A stretch of 63,712 nucleotides of DNA, filler included, from Pelomyxa schiedti (lineage: Eukaryota; Protista; Evosea), in the NCBI GenBank assembly GCA_020536535.1. It is 7 parts of 7 records of this genome, joined end to end, with 100 filler letters (N's around TTAATTAATTAA, not from the genome) between each part and the next. Parts side by side here need not be neighbours in the genome. Positions count along the whole stretch, not along the records: positions 1 to 5,842 come from JAHLWZ010000154.1; positions 5,943 to 21,814 come from JAHLWZ010000102.1; 5 more parts are not named here. One strand, given 5' to 3'. Below, piece by piece: positions 1 through 12,269 of this stretch. Within the stretch, counting starts at the first letter, position 1. Every line of letters starts with the position of its first letter. Under the pieces are notes generated by a model. The model ran no database searches. It was not told where the DNA came from and saw only the letters and a list, made by a program, of their open reading frames with translations. The position numbers and the translations under genes were made by a program.

Positions 1-271
1 GTGTGCCTCAATGCATTCTTGTTTGACAATCACATTACGCGAAATCCGGACTCGGTGAAAAATGTCCTGCGCGCGCAGCAGCTGCAACGTGACGGGCGAC
101 AGTGTCGAATTCAATGAGCGTGACAGGAGTCGCACAGAGGACCACGAGTCGCAGGGTGTGCGTGTCACATAACGCGCCGAACTTGTCTTTGTTTTGTTTT
201 GTTCGGTGGGCTGTTAACAATGGTTTTTTTTTTAAACCTGATAAAACATTGCCTGTTCAGAATCGGTGGAG

Positions 272-3200
272 ATGCAAGATATATACAGCCCTACATCCAC
301 ACCTGAACATTCACCGGAAAGAACCCCCAACAACAGTACACAAGACCGTGATATTAGTGGGGCATACAATGGTAATTGTGGTGATGACAATTACAATTAC
401 AATGAAGACGGTTACTTACCACGACCGCCACTGCCCCCCACACAGGTGCTGGTGAAGCAGGAGCGCGTGCAGAAGTTGCCTCATTCGCCTTTGTTATCAC
501 AGCCATCATCGCCTGCACCTTCTCCCCCTTGTTCCCCTGATTCCTCGGCTCCTCCTACGCCCACAGCTCCCACCAATCCAATCAAACATGAAATGCAGTG
601 GGGAGGTGACAACACCAAAGACCTCCAGCAGAAGATGACAACACCTTTACGGCAGAGAACTATATATTCTTACTTTACCCCAGTTTCACCAATTCCATTC
701 CCTGTAGGGACTAATGGTGAGTTCACTGGACACTCTCCTGTGCAATTTAATCTTCATGGTTCGAACTTTGGCAGCCCTTTGACCGGGTTGTCCCCAAACA
801 CCTCAACTCACGACAACAGCGATGTTGTAATTAAACCGGAGAACGATACTGACACCAGCAGCAGTGTCTGTATGCCTAACAATAGCTTGCAACAAGATGA
901 TACACCACAGCCTGATTCTAACCAGAGTAACACTTCGTGTGGTACACTTCAAAACACATGCACCGAGGTGGAGGATGATGATGTTATTATTGTTGACCAC
1001 CATGACCTGCCCGACTCACCACAGCTATCTCCACCTCAACCGCAAGCCCTTGATCAACCACAGTCTCAGGAGTTGCGTTCCCAGCAACCAGATACCGTAT
1101 TATCTGCACCACAACTGCAGGAATTTGGTAATACACAGCAACCTGAGGTCACAGCACCACCGGAATCCTCTTCTCAACGCTCACAACATCGAAGACACAT
1201 CAGACGAAACTCGCAGCTTCCAAATAAACCACAACTCCCCGAAGGTACTGATCAAGCTCCGCCTCAACCCCCTCCGGAACCCGCGTTGGAAGAACCTTCT
1301 GAGATGCATGTTCCAGCCAAAAGATCAGTTTCCCCAAGTGCACACCAGAGTAATACAGAGGCCAGTGGCTCTGACTCAAAGATGTCTGCATTGGAACCAA
1401 AGAAACCGCAACACCAACCACACAAGCGACGGAAACGTAAAATCCAGCATTACAATTCCAATCCGGGATCAATTAGCAGGCAGCTCAATAACATTGTCAA
1501 ATCGACCAGGTGACACTCCCTTTTCACTCTGGCACAAAATAATTTTAATCAAGCGAATCTGGAGCGAGCATTGTAAGGAAATTCAGGCACGCCCGCTACT
1601 CATCTCTTTATACTGGCGATGGAGTAATAGATAGTTCTTTGGCACCTGTAGATGACTGCTTTGTATTAAAGTGGCCCCCACGTGACTCAAAACCTCCGCG
1701 GACTGCAGAGAGTGAGTGTACTTTATTCACAAAAGAGAGCTCTCAAGCAGAATGTGATGATCTTCCAACCCAAAGTGATAGTTCTCAAGAAGCATCTCAA
1801 AAGACATCTGAGTTCCTATTACCCTGCATTATGACCGGAGAGGAATTTGAGCATAGGAAAATCCGCACTGGAGTTTATTTAGAGTGCAGGAATGAAATTT
1901 ATGTCCGCGAAAAAGCCGCAGGTCATTATTATTCCCTAATTGACTAAACAACTAACAAAATAACAGTGCAACGTGCCTACAATTCACCAAAGCGGCAATT
2001 GATTGAATTTATTGAAACGAAATGCTTACCTCCTGATAAAGACCTACGTGCACGGTCTTGCCGCGGATTTTTGCTCCCTGTACTTCAACTTGTATCGCAG
2101 CAGACCCAGGAGTTGACAGAGGCCTTTGTCAGAGAAGCGTGCAATGAAAAGGAAGGATCAAAAGCAACTTGTGTATGTTGCAGCCTGAGTGACATTGATG
2201 CCGTTTCCCCTCGAGAAGTACTGGAGGATTTGGAAGCTCAACTAATAAAAATGACAACGACACAGTCGGAAAGAAGATACCGTGGGTGGTTGAGAATATG
2301 CAATCTAGTCAAAGAACTCACTGACGCACAAGAGATACCTAGGCTGGTCATACTACTCGAGGGTGTGGCCCAAGAAACTCTTCAGTATTTCACAATGGCT
2401 CTGGCTAGTTTGTGTGACACCTATGGATCAAATGATAACTGTGACATTGGTGTTGGACTGGTGGTTGGAGTAAGGGCACCTCGTGACCCACTGGAATTAT
2501 TTGGTGTAAGCGCTGTTATGAGGTGCCATTTCGATTGCGTACACTATGACAACGTTCAGGAGGTGATGAACTGCATTGCGGAAGAGATTCTACTCCATCC
2601 CTTTGACAACTGTGAGAGACTGTGCTTCTCACCGAAAGTAATCAAGGTTGCCTTGGAGGAATACATTGAGAATAGCCGCAGTGTGCATTCGTTGGTTGAA
2701 GTTCTCCAGACTGCTGTTTTCTTGCATTTCACTCAACAGCCTCTGAGNNNNNNNNNNNNNNNNNNNNNNNNNNNNNNNNNNNNNNNNNNNNNNNNNNNNN
2801 NNNNNNNNNNNNNNNNNNNNNNNNNNNNNNNNNNNNNNNNNNNNNNNTCTCACCGAAAGTAATCAAGGTTGCCTTGGAGGAATACATTGAGAATAGCCGC
2901 AGTGTGCATTCGTTGGTTGAAGTTCTCCAGACTGCTGTTTTCTTGCATTTCACTCAACAGCCTCTGAGCTTTTTATGCTGCCTGCCGGCTGTGGAACGTA
3001 TTACCCCTTCCGGTACACTGGCTGCAATCCGTCCAAGGGTTGACAATATTGTAAGGCATGAAAATGTTGCAAATAGAGGCAAGTTAGACAGAGTCAGAGA
3101 TACTTATCTGAAGTGGATTACACTAATCAAAGCTGCGCGTGTAAACAGTTGCCTTCAAAGAGAAGACCAACTCAACCAGCAACTCCAAGAGCTCATTTAC

Positions 3201-4112
3201 GATGTGGTTCGTGTGCAACATGGTGACTCTGAGTACGATGTCAGCAATGACACTCTGGCACATAGCCTTGTTGAGAATTTCATGACCAAGTTGACAGGAC
3301 AAGAGAAGATTTCTGCTATCACTGAATGGAGCGCAGCAATCAAGGAACAAGCAGCAAAAAGTGCATCCCTTCATGAAACTGAAGAGGAACTGCAGCGATC
3401 AGCATTTGGCAAGATACCATTGGCCAAGACTAAGAAGGAGGAATCCAAAGCCAGAGGGAGTGCAATGAAGAGAGCAGTAAGCAAGCTCTTCCAACCACTG
3501 CACACCATCGCGCAGGAGCTCACTGCAATCCCTGAATCATCCCACGTGTGCGTTTCATGCGATGGTGCACTTCTGGACGCACTCGGCAGAAGGTCACTCT
3601 CCAACACCATCAACAACTTGCTGCAGCCCGTTTCCACCAAAACAAGCAAACTGTCCACCGCCACCACCTCACCACCGCATCAACAAAACCCCAGGTTCCT
3701 ATTCCAGCTTCTCAGGCAGATACACACCCCATCACCATCCACACCATCGTCCAAGAAAGCTTTCTCCTCATCAGCATCATCCTCCCTATCCAGAACCACA
3801 ACAGGAGCACCATGCACAGCACTACGCAGCAAGTTCATAGCACAGACCCACGTGCGTGGCATCAGCAAGGCCACCCAGGCGTCACTGTTCGAGGGTGCAA
3901 AGGACATTCTGCACCGGGCGGGCATCGTCGAGGTAACTTCGCAGTCCAGCAGCAGCAACAGCGGGGGTGCACCACCCGAGCGCGAGAGACTGAGGCTGGC
4001 TCCCTGGTCACGTGATCACAACGCCATCAACGGGTCATCATCGTCGACAACATCAACAGGCAAAGGTGCCAAGCGACCAAACCAACGCCACATGAAAAAA
4101 CAGAAGAGATGA
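272..4112 (+). CDS. ORC3: Origin recognition complex subunit 3 (divergent, long disordered N-terminus); spliced, spans a scaffold gap
   Basis: The segment RLVILLEGVAQETLQYF...VGLVVGV...FSPKVIKVALEEYIENSRSVHSLVEVLQTAVFLHFTQQPLSFL resembles the ORC3 AAA+-like core. ORFs 266-1513, 1639-1947, 1966-2747 and 2874-4112 join through GT-AG introns (~1510-1552, ~1922-1966) and the duplicated gap flank. Confidence 0.7.
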
Positions 4113-4260
4113 ATGAAAAAAAGCATTTTTTTCCCAGTGAAGGTGGTTTGACGAGTGGTGGACGCACGGTCACAATTCGTGGCGTTGCTGATGCTTGTGT
4201 TGGTGGGGATCTCTGCAGTGGTGATGATGCAGTTTGAACTTTCGGTGAAAACGTTCAAAA

Positions 4261-5577
4261 ATGCCACTAGCCTGTGACGAACCGTTCAAATTTGAACGGG
4301 TGGTGGATGCGCGGTCACAATTCGTTGCGTTGGCATGCGGGGCGATGATACCTCGTTGTGGTGCCGGCGGTGTTGGTGTCGGCGCCGCCGACGTGGAGCG
4401 GCCCCTCTCTGCTGTGAGGCTCCTGTCCAATGCAACTCACGTGTTGGTGCGCCAAATCGGCCTCAAGTGGGTTGTGCCACCAAAGGAGTGGCGGGAGAGG
4501 CGAGCCTGCGGCTTCAGTGTGTGTGGCAACGACCCCTTCCCGTGTGGAGACTGCTGCCTCGTCGTCTTTGTTGGGCTGTCGCCCACGCTTGGAGTGGTGT
4601 GGCACCGCGTGCACCTGTTCGGCGGCTCTGACTTTGGCTCGGCGTCACCGTGCTCGTACCGCGTACACATTGGGTGCTACCTTGGCTGTGGCAGGTGGCT
4701 TGCCTTGTTTGGCATGTCCATGGTGGTTGGCCGCGAGGACGGCGACACTGTGCTCGTGATGGCTGAGGACGATGGCAGGATGATGGTTACAACACTTGCC
4801 GCTGGGTTGCGAGGGACTATGCCCTCTCTCTCTGAATTTGAGAGCAATGGGAAGTGGCTGGTTATGTACAACCACAGCACTCACCTGCGGGTGTGGAGGC
4901 TTTGCGATGGCCTGCCTGTTGGCCACTGCAATATGTGGTGGATTGACCCTGGGAGCTTCTGTGTTCGCGTGAGGTTCCACCCTCTGGGAGGCAACGGCCA
5001 TCACGGCGACGAATTGGTTGTTGCCGCCATAGAATCAGACCCCAAAGGCACAACCGAGCTGCTGTTTGTTGACCTGCAGGCAAGCTTGGTGGATGGCCAT
5101 ATGGTTGTTACCAGGAGGATTGATATCCCACCCCCAGGACTTGTAGATTTCCAGTGGTTGTCCAATTATGAATTCCTCCTTCTCTATGGTAGGAAAAGTG
5201 GCACTACGTTGCAGCGTGTTGTACACGGCAACGTGCCAAGTGCAACAGTACTATTCCCATACCCAAAATACTCAATCTTGGGGTTGTCTCAGCCATCACA
5301 ATTACTTGCACAAACAAGCAAGGGCTGTTATGATGTGTACTGCACCTCGAACTTGAGTGAGCCCCTGTACCAGCAAACAAATGTAGTCGCACTGTATCCT
5401 TCCTTGGGCTTTATTGCCTTCACCAGTGGTGGAGTTCACACTGTGAGGCAGAATTTCCAGGATGTTGAGACAGGCCGAGTTCTGTTTACCCTAACACACA
5501 CCCAGAATGTGCCCAACACAAAAGAAACTCCCAACACCACCCCGACACGGCGACCCCCCTCCCCAAACTGGCCTTAG
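4261..5577 (+). CDS. Intronless lineage-specific protein: N-terminal 'SQFVAL..G...RCG' module plus beta-rich (propeller-like) body
   Basis: 438-aa ATG ORF, GC-rich at the 5' end; N-terminal motif shared with the gene at 51418. Confidence 0.65.
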   Translation: MPLACDEPFKFERVVDARSQFVALACGAMIPRCGAGGVGVGAADVERPLSAVRLLSNATHVLVRQIGLKWVVPPKEWRERRACGFSVCGNDPFPCGDCCLVVFVGLSPTLGVVWHRVHLFGGSDFGSASPCSYRVHIGCYLGCGRWLALFGMSMVVGREDGDTVLVMAEDDGRMMVTTLAAGLRGTMPSLSEFESNGKWLVMYNHSTHLRVWRLCDGLPVGHCNMWWIDPGSFCVRVRFHPLGGNGHHGDELVVAAIESDPKGTTELLFVDLQASLVDGHMVVTRRIDIPPPGLVDFQWLSNYEFLLLYGRKSGTTLQRVVHGNVPSATVLFPYPKYSILGLSQPSQLLAQTSKGCYDVYCTSNLSEPLYQQTNVVALYPSLGFIAFTSGGVHTVRQNFQDVETGRVLFTLTHTQNVPNTKETPNTTPTRRPPSPNWP

Positions 5578-5842
5578 CCAACTTATCCAGCTTCAAGTAC
5601 AAACGCATCTGTCACTCCCCGTCACTCCCAAGACTAACAGAATGATGTGGTCAGTGTGGAGCCTGGTTTTTTTTTTGAGGCTTAAGGTCTGCCCGCATCA
5701 CTTTCAAACAAAGGAAGTGTTTGTTCACATAATTTTGCAATTATACAACAGCAGACACAAGAGCGAGGGCCGCGAGGGCGGCAAGGGAAGCAGCGTAGAC
5801 ATGGGACGCGCCCGAGGTGTGGGGCGAGATGATGGCCGAGTG

Positions 5843-5942
5843 NNNNNNNNNNNNNNNNNNNNNNNNNNNNNNNNNNNNNNNNNNNNTTAATTAATTAANN
5901 NNNNNNNNNNNNNNNNNNNNNNNNNNNNNNNNNNNNNNNNNN
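5843..5942. other. Artificial contig spacer N-TTAATTAATTAA-N (12-mer also starts at 21859, 34472, 39639, 54720, 62277)
   Basis: Identical six-frame-stop 12-mer centred in N runs. Confidence 0.97.
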
Positions 5943-6206
5943 CAGGGGAAAAATTGGCTTCGTCGTAATTTGTTTGGCAGGAACGAGCCGCGGCCGAATG
6001 ACGGTGCGTCATTGTCGCGTTGGTGGGCGCTACTATGACAGCACTTGCCTGCCGCTTTCTGTTTGATTTTTCTTACAGTGTTGGTTTTCGCTTGAATTGA
6101 TGAGAACGACAATCAGAAAAGAGTAAAAAAAAACCGAAGATCTAGATCAGTGGGTGCTGCGGGTGTCCGTGACAGTTGCAAACTCCAAGTCAGAACTCGT
6201 TTGACA

Positions 6207-6912
6207 ATGGGTTGTGGGGGATCCAGTGACAGTACTGCCGCCGCAACGGCGCCACCTCCCGTTTGTTCCCTTTTTCTTTCTTTTTGTTTTTTTTTTTGGT
6301 GTAGACCGCTGCTGCACATTATGTTTTCCAAGATAGTATTTGTTGCATGTTAATTGTTTGCATGCACCCACCGACTTTGGCAGAAAACAGGGGGGTACGT
6401 TAAATACCAGCCGAGTCCGGAAGAAATGGCCAAACGACAGCGCGAAGAGGAAGAAGAGAAAAGATGGANNNNNNNNNNNNNNNNNNNNNNNNNNNNNNNN
6501 NNNNNNNNNNNNNNNNNNNNNNNNNNNNNNNNNNNNNNNNNNNNNNNNNNNNNNNNNNNNNNNNNNNNTGTTAATTGTTTGCATGCACCCACCGACTTTG
6601 GCAGAAAACAGGGGGGTACGTTAAATACCAGCCGAGTCCGGAAGAAATGGCCAAACGACAGCGCGAAGAGGAAGAAGAGAAAAGATGGATGACAGAAGCA
6701 AAGAAAACTGGTTTGAATGCAACAAGGGTAATAGATAAGTCATATAACTCCTCCAAGGACCTCCGGAACCTCCGGTTGCTGTTTTACCTCCTGGAGCAAC
6801 GCAAGAACAATACAAAGAGTACATGAAAGTGAAATATGAGCACGAGTGTTGGGAGAACACAATTCTCCTTCAAGCCCGGAAACTAAAATCCGCAGCGGCA
6901 TCGGGCTCTTAA
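6207..6912 (+). CDS. Small (~105 aa) N-acylated protein (MGCGGS myristoylation/palmitoylation motif)
   Basis: ATG at 6207; introns 6261-6383 and ~6711-6757 give one open frame KTGGYVKY...LKSAAASGS* once the gap-flank duplication is collapsed. Confidence 0.55.
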
Positions 6913-7150
6913 CAGGTCACCCCAACTTTCAACTTGTGTACTAGTATCAAAAATGAAGAATAAAAAAAACCAAAATACAAAACACGTTCGTTATCTATAT
7001 TTCTTCTCACCAGGCTCGAATTATGTTACATCCAATGAATGTGGATAGTTGATTCGCAACTTAGGCTAGTGTGAGCTCACACTTGGAAGCCAGAGCACTC
7101 TAATACAACAAAATTATGCTCTGAGCCAGTTGAAGCCACTGCTCAATGAA

Positions 7151-10100
7151 TTAATGCTTTCCAGATGGTGCATACTCAGAATTGAGGTTGCTATTGCTGC
7201 AATAGGTGGTGTTGGTGTTGTCCTGTCTGTTACTGTTGCTAATACTGTTACTATTTCCGCTGTGGTTACTACCACCGCACCCAGTCTCTTCAACTGAGGG
7301 AGTGTTGCACAATGAACTCGGGTAACTCCCGAGCTCCTCATCTCCATCCACTTCCCCGTCGCCGTCCCCATTCACATCCTCATCCCCATTCTCATTCTCA
7401 TCCCCATTCTCATCATCATCAATGAATGCCTCCTCGTCATCCTCACCATCACTTTGGTAAGCGGCCTCATCCACCGCACATATTGATTGCGGCTGTGGGT
7501 GTTGCTGCTGCACTTGTTGTTGTGCTTGAGGTACTGGTTGATGTTGTTGACTGACTTGGTGATTGGTGTGCTGTTGTTGCTGCTGTTGATGATGGTGGTG
7601 GTGATGGTGATGCCGCTGTGGTTGCTGTGGTTGTGATTGTGATAGGGGTGGTTGTGGTACATTACTATTGCTGGAGGGGGAAATGGCCCGGGACACACCG
7701 ATGAAGGACCCCGTGATTGGGCTGATAAAGGGCTGTCGGCAGGTGCTTATCTGGCCGCTTATGAACGTCTGCCCGCTGTTTACCATTTGAACTGTGACGG
7801 ATTTCTGTTGGCCACCAACAACGGCCGCACCACCTCCGCTGTTGTTGCTGGTGTTGGTGTTGGTGTTGCTGGTGTAGAAGTGGCTGCTTGAGGGTGGCAG
7901 TGTGTTGATGGAGGAGGATGAGGATGAAGAACGGCCGGTAATGGGTGTGGACAGGGTTCTCCTTGCGGGCGTGGTGCTGGAGGTTGTTGTTGGTGTTGGT
8001 GTTGGACTTTGGTCCTTTGGCGAAGCTGCTTTCATTATTTTGGAGAGGTTGACTTTGGTTGCTGTGGAATGCCGGGTGCTGTAGGTCCTGTTTCCAGTAC
8101 TACGAGCCGGCGGTTGTTGGTTTGTGTGTGAGGTGGCACTGGGAGTGGCTTCAGTGCCCTCGTTGAAGATTGGGTGATGGTGATGCGGGCGTAATGACAG
8201 GCGCAGGTTTCGTTTGTGGGAACTTGCTTTGCAGTATTGGTTGTGTAAGTACTGTGACGGGGGCTGCCACTCACCACCTCCATCCTCGCTACTGTCCCAC
8301 TCCTCGTCATCGTCGCTATTGCGCTTTCTTCGGGATTTCACTCCAGGGATTCTCCCTCTTCTCCTTCCTCGTGTTGGAGGGGTATCACGCGCAGGTGCTC
8401 CTCTTAAAGAGCCCTCCTTCTTAATTTTCGAGGTCTGGTCCTTGGCTTTTTTCTTATGTGACTGTGGCTTAGAGCTTTGTAAGAGGCTCTGCTGAATCAT
8501 TATAAACCTAAGGAACTTTAGAACCAGGTAAGCGCAAAAAAGGAATGTACCTTTCTCTTTCCAATGCTTCTTGCTTCTTATGACGGAGGGCATAAGCTTC
8601 ATCGGATGTGTCCTCGTCCGATGATGTGCTTTTCGAGGATTGTACTTTAGCTGGACTATCCTTTGGAGACAGGGTTGAGTGGGTTTCACTTTTGACCTTA
8701 TTCACAGTTAGAAAAATCGTTATATTTGGAGTGCCCACCTGTTGTATAAGCCTCACACCATCACATAAGTGGGAAGACGAAGGTCTGCTCTCAGGAGATT
8801 CAGCATTGGAGGAGATACTTTCAATTTGAGAGTTCCTGGAATCCACTCTTGGCCTCTTGGCAGTGGGCTGCTGTGCATTGTCTTCGCTAGTGGGTGTAGG
8901 GCAACTTGAAAGAGTTTCGCCACTAGTGAGCTCTTTTGAGTTCAGGAGGGGTCCACTGCCAGAACCATCATCGTAATCGTCATCACTGATGACGTTGTTG
9001 TGCCTGTTGTACAGTGGATTTGGGTGCCAGTCTTCCTTATCCTTTTTAACTAGAACACTGCCCTCCAGTTTCACAACAAAGCCACCGGAGGGACTGGGGT
9101 TTACAACCCTCCAACCAGGGGTGAATATCTTGCCTGTAGTTGTTGGTTCACTGGTCGAGGTTTCAAGTGCCGGTAAGCTAGAAGCATTATGAATAAGTAA
9201 AAAAGGGACTTAATGTGGGGAAGGACACACCAGTGAATTGGTATAAGAATACTTCCACGTGTATCAAAGTCCTGAGGTGTTGTTGCCTTGTGCTTTCTAT
9301 GTGGTTGCTGTCTTCCTGGGGTACATTGAGGAAAAATTAATTTGTAGAACGACTACTTGGGGGTTGAGGAATATTCTCTTCATATTCTTCATCGCGCAGT
9401 ACAGCTTCTTCATCCACGAGCTCGTCATCGTCATCATAGTCATAGATGGCATCATAGCGCAGACGTGCCCTAGGACGTTGGCTGCGTTGTGGGCGGCTTG
9501 GTGCTGTGGATGTGGGATAAGGGGGATAGGAAGCACTCACATGCTTTCCTCCCCTTCCCCATGATGGACTTGGTGGTGCAGGACTTTCTTCTGGGCTATG
9601 AACTGGAGCCTCAGAAGCATCCAGAAAATCCTCAATGCCATCAACTGTGTCAAGGTTGAGGATTGAGCCGGTGTTTGCTTCAGAAGTGGAGGGTGCTGAA
9701 GCAGGAGGCACAGGCTTTTCGCTGCTGATAGGTGGTGCAGTTGGTGGCAACTGACGCTGTGCTTGTATGATCAAAGGGGGTGGTCTCCCCCTATGATGGC
9801 GGTGAACCGGGTGAATTGGAGTGGACACCGGTGGCTGAGGCTTGTCCTGAACGCGAGAGGCAGTTGATGGTGTTGGGGTTGGTGTAGACGTTGGAGTTGA
9901 CTGCTCTTTGTGAACAGTTGGAGGTGAGCTAGGAGGATCCTGGTACCGCACTCTGTGATTTTTGCGACGGAGCTGATGTTGGTGGTGTGTGATTGATGGC
10001 TGGGGCACAGGAGTCTCTGAGCATACGTAAGTTGTAGGAAAAGAAAACTACCCACGATACCTGTTACAAACGACTTCATAGTACAGAGTGGATGGGGTAT

Positions 10101-12269
10101 TGATGATACTACTGGTTGTTGCTTCGCGCGTAAATATTTTGGCCGAATCAACTTTCTGTTCCTCTTGGGATGTATCAAACCGGTTGTCCTAAATAAAGAA
10201 TGTCAAATGGAAAGGTTTTTTTTTGCATAAGATGCGAACCTTAGAGAGTGAGAATTTGGAGATGGTGGATTGGCCGGGACTACAGCCTGTTTGGAGTTCC
10301 TCTGTTTCTCGTACAACTGGTATTCTGTAAGTTCTCATGGTAGCTTCGAAATGCATACCGCAGTACAAGCGAAAAGAAACCTCTCCAGCTCAATACATTG
10401 TAATGCTAACCAATCCCACCTCCATCCAATACCTTTTCTGTAATAGTTCCGCCAGCATGACCATTTGCTTGCGGTGTCTCCAGACCTAGCAATATTAGAA
10501 TTACAGGTAGGACGTCAGAGGATTACTCGTATGAAAAGACAGCGTTTGGGTCACTGTCATCATCAGAATCATCCTCTGTCTCCACCTGATCACAGGATCC
10601 TTGAATTACCCTCTTGCAACAGGACAATTTTGTAGCATTATTCGTCGTTTGTGAACCTTTTCTTGGTCTGCCCTAGTTCGTTCTCCTTTAGAAAGAAAAA
10701 CTCCACAGTAAAGTAATACCGGCTTTTTAGGGGCAAATTCATAATCTTCCAGTGTCTCCAAATCATTTCTATAAAAGTTATTGTGTTCTTGAGCTAACTG
10801 TGGAGGAGGTCCAGACAGGATATTTTGTGATTGTCTCGACTGTTGTTGCACTTGTGCTTGTAATTGTTGTTGCCATGCTTGCAATTGATTTAAAAGCTGT
10901 GATTGTGGTTGTCCAGGCTGTGATTGTTGGAGTTCCTGCTGTATCTGCTTCTGGATCTCCTGTTGAAGTTGCCAAATACTTGCAGATGGCCCACTTTCCG
11001 CAGGAGATGGGAGAGGGGGTGGTGGTTGATGTACAAGACTAGCCGTTCCGATTCCAGCAGAGTTAATGCCCAGCTTGGTGCTTGGGCTATTGTTTACAGA
11101 ATTTGTGGTTGACCCTAGTGTGATACTGGGGGGACATGTTGGAGGTGGGAGAGACAGTGGAGATACTAAACCCAAAGTAGATGCGGTTGGTCGCATCACA
11201 ACAACAGATGGGGACACTGGTAGCTGGGTCTTGAAAAAAATGAGATCAAGGAAAAGACTCGGTGGATTACCTGTTGGCGAGCATTTTGCTGTTGCCATAG
11301 AAAAGCTTGCTGCTGCTGGCGCTGCAAATATGCTTGCTGTTGTTGAAGTAAAAAGATTTGTTGGGGATTCAACTGTGTGCCCATGGTCTGTTGATTTGAT
11401 AGTGATGGTGTGGTGCAATTTAATGAAGGAATTTGCTGTTGCGGTGGCGGTGGCGGTGGCAATGAAGTCGACTGATTTTGAGTCTGAAGACATTGTGTTT
11501 GGGATGCATTCATTTGACCTTGTAGTACTTGTGGTGGAAACGAGGGAGGTAATTGCATGGAACTGTTTGGCTTACTTTCCGGAGGAATTTGCATTTGTTG
11601 TAGCAAAGCTTGTAGTTGGTGTAGATAGTTCAGTTGATCATTAGAAACAAGGGACTGGGAAGTGGGTTTTTGTTGTTGTATTTGGAGTAACAGCTGGTCT
11701 AGAATGGCTTGGTGCTCGAAAATGATTGCTTGCTGTGTAGTTAAGTGTGGGGGAGACAGTTTGCTATCTCCTAGGGGTGTTGACGAGTGAATTTGTAAGT
11801 CTTTTTCCTGAGAGGACAAAGCACCCTTGGAAGGTTCCACTTGATTTGGTGGTTTTTGGACTTGACACAGAACCTGTGGTAAAATTGATTGAAGTTGTTG
11901 AATGATAGTGGCGCCTTGTTGTGGTGATGTTTGCTGTTGTTGCTGCTGTCCTTGCCACGTGTGCCGTAGTATAGCGTTACATAAGTCGTTTGGAAATTGA
12001 AAATTACTGGTAGTAGCTACTGGACCATTCTCCGCGGGAACGGTATTTCCACCACCTGACTGGGAGCTGGTAGAATTTGTTGATGAATTCGATGAGGCAC
12101 CGGTGGTACTGGGCGAAGATGTAGTGGTCACCGCAGAAGGTTGTTGCTGCTGTGTTTGGTTTGGTGATTGCCGCTGTACGTCTGCCTCACAATGAGCAAA
12201 CATAGTTTTAAGAAAACAAACACTAGAGTAGAATATTTTACCCTCTTGTGGAGTGGCACTGGGCATCAT
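7151..12269 (-). CDS. Very large Q/S/T/P-rich multi-exon protein, probably nuclear (poly-Q/poly-H tracts, basic RGRRRGR and SRRKR motifs)
   Basis: Chain of same-strand ORFs (11196-12269, 10606-11493, 9337-10008, 8508-9074, 7151-8689) separated by short intron-like gaps; start uncertain; no recognisable globular family. Confidence 0.55.

Noticed and set aside
2629-2966. Direct repeats flanking 100-N gaps (also ~6348-6687, ~38664-39183, ~62885-63224)
   Set aside because: Typical unmerged scaffold overlaps; the two SNPs in the actin-like pair fit allelic variation.
5887-5898. Recurrent TTAATTAATTAA palindrome
   Set aside because: Always embedded in N runs; it is an artificial contig linker, so adjacency across it has no biological meaning.
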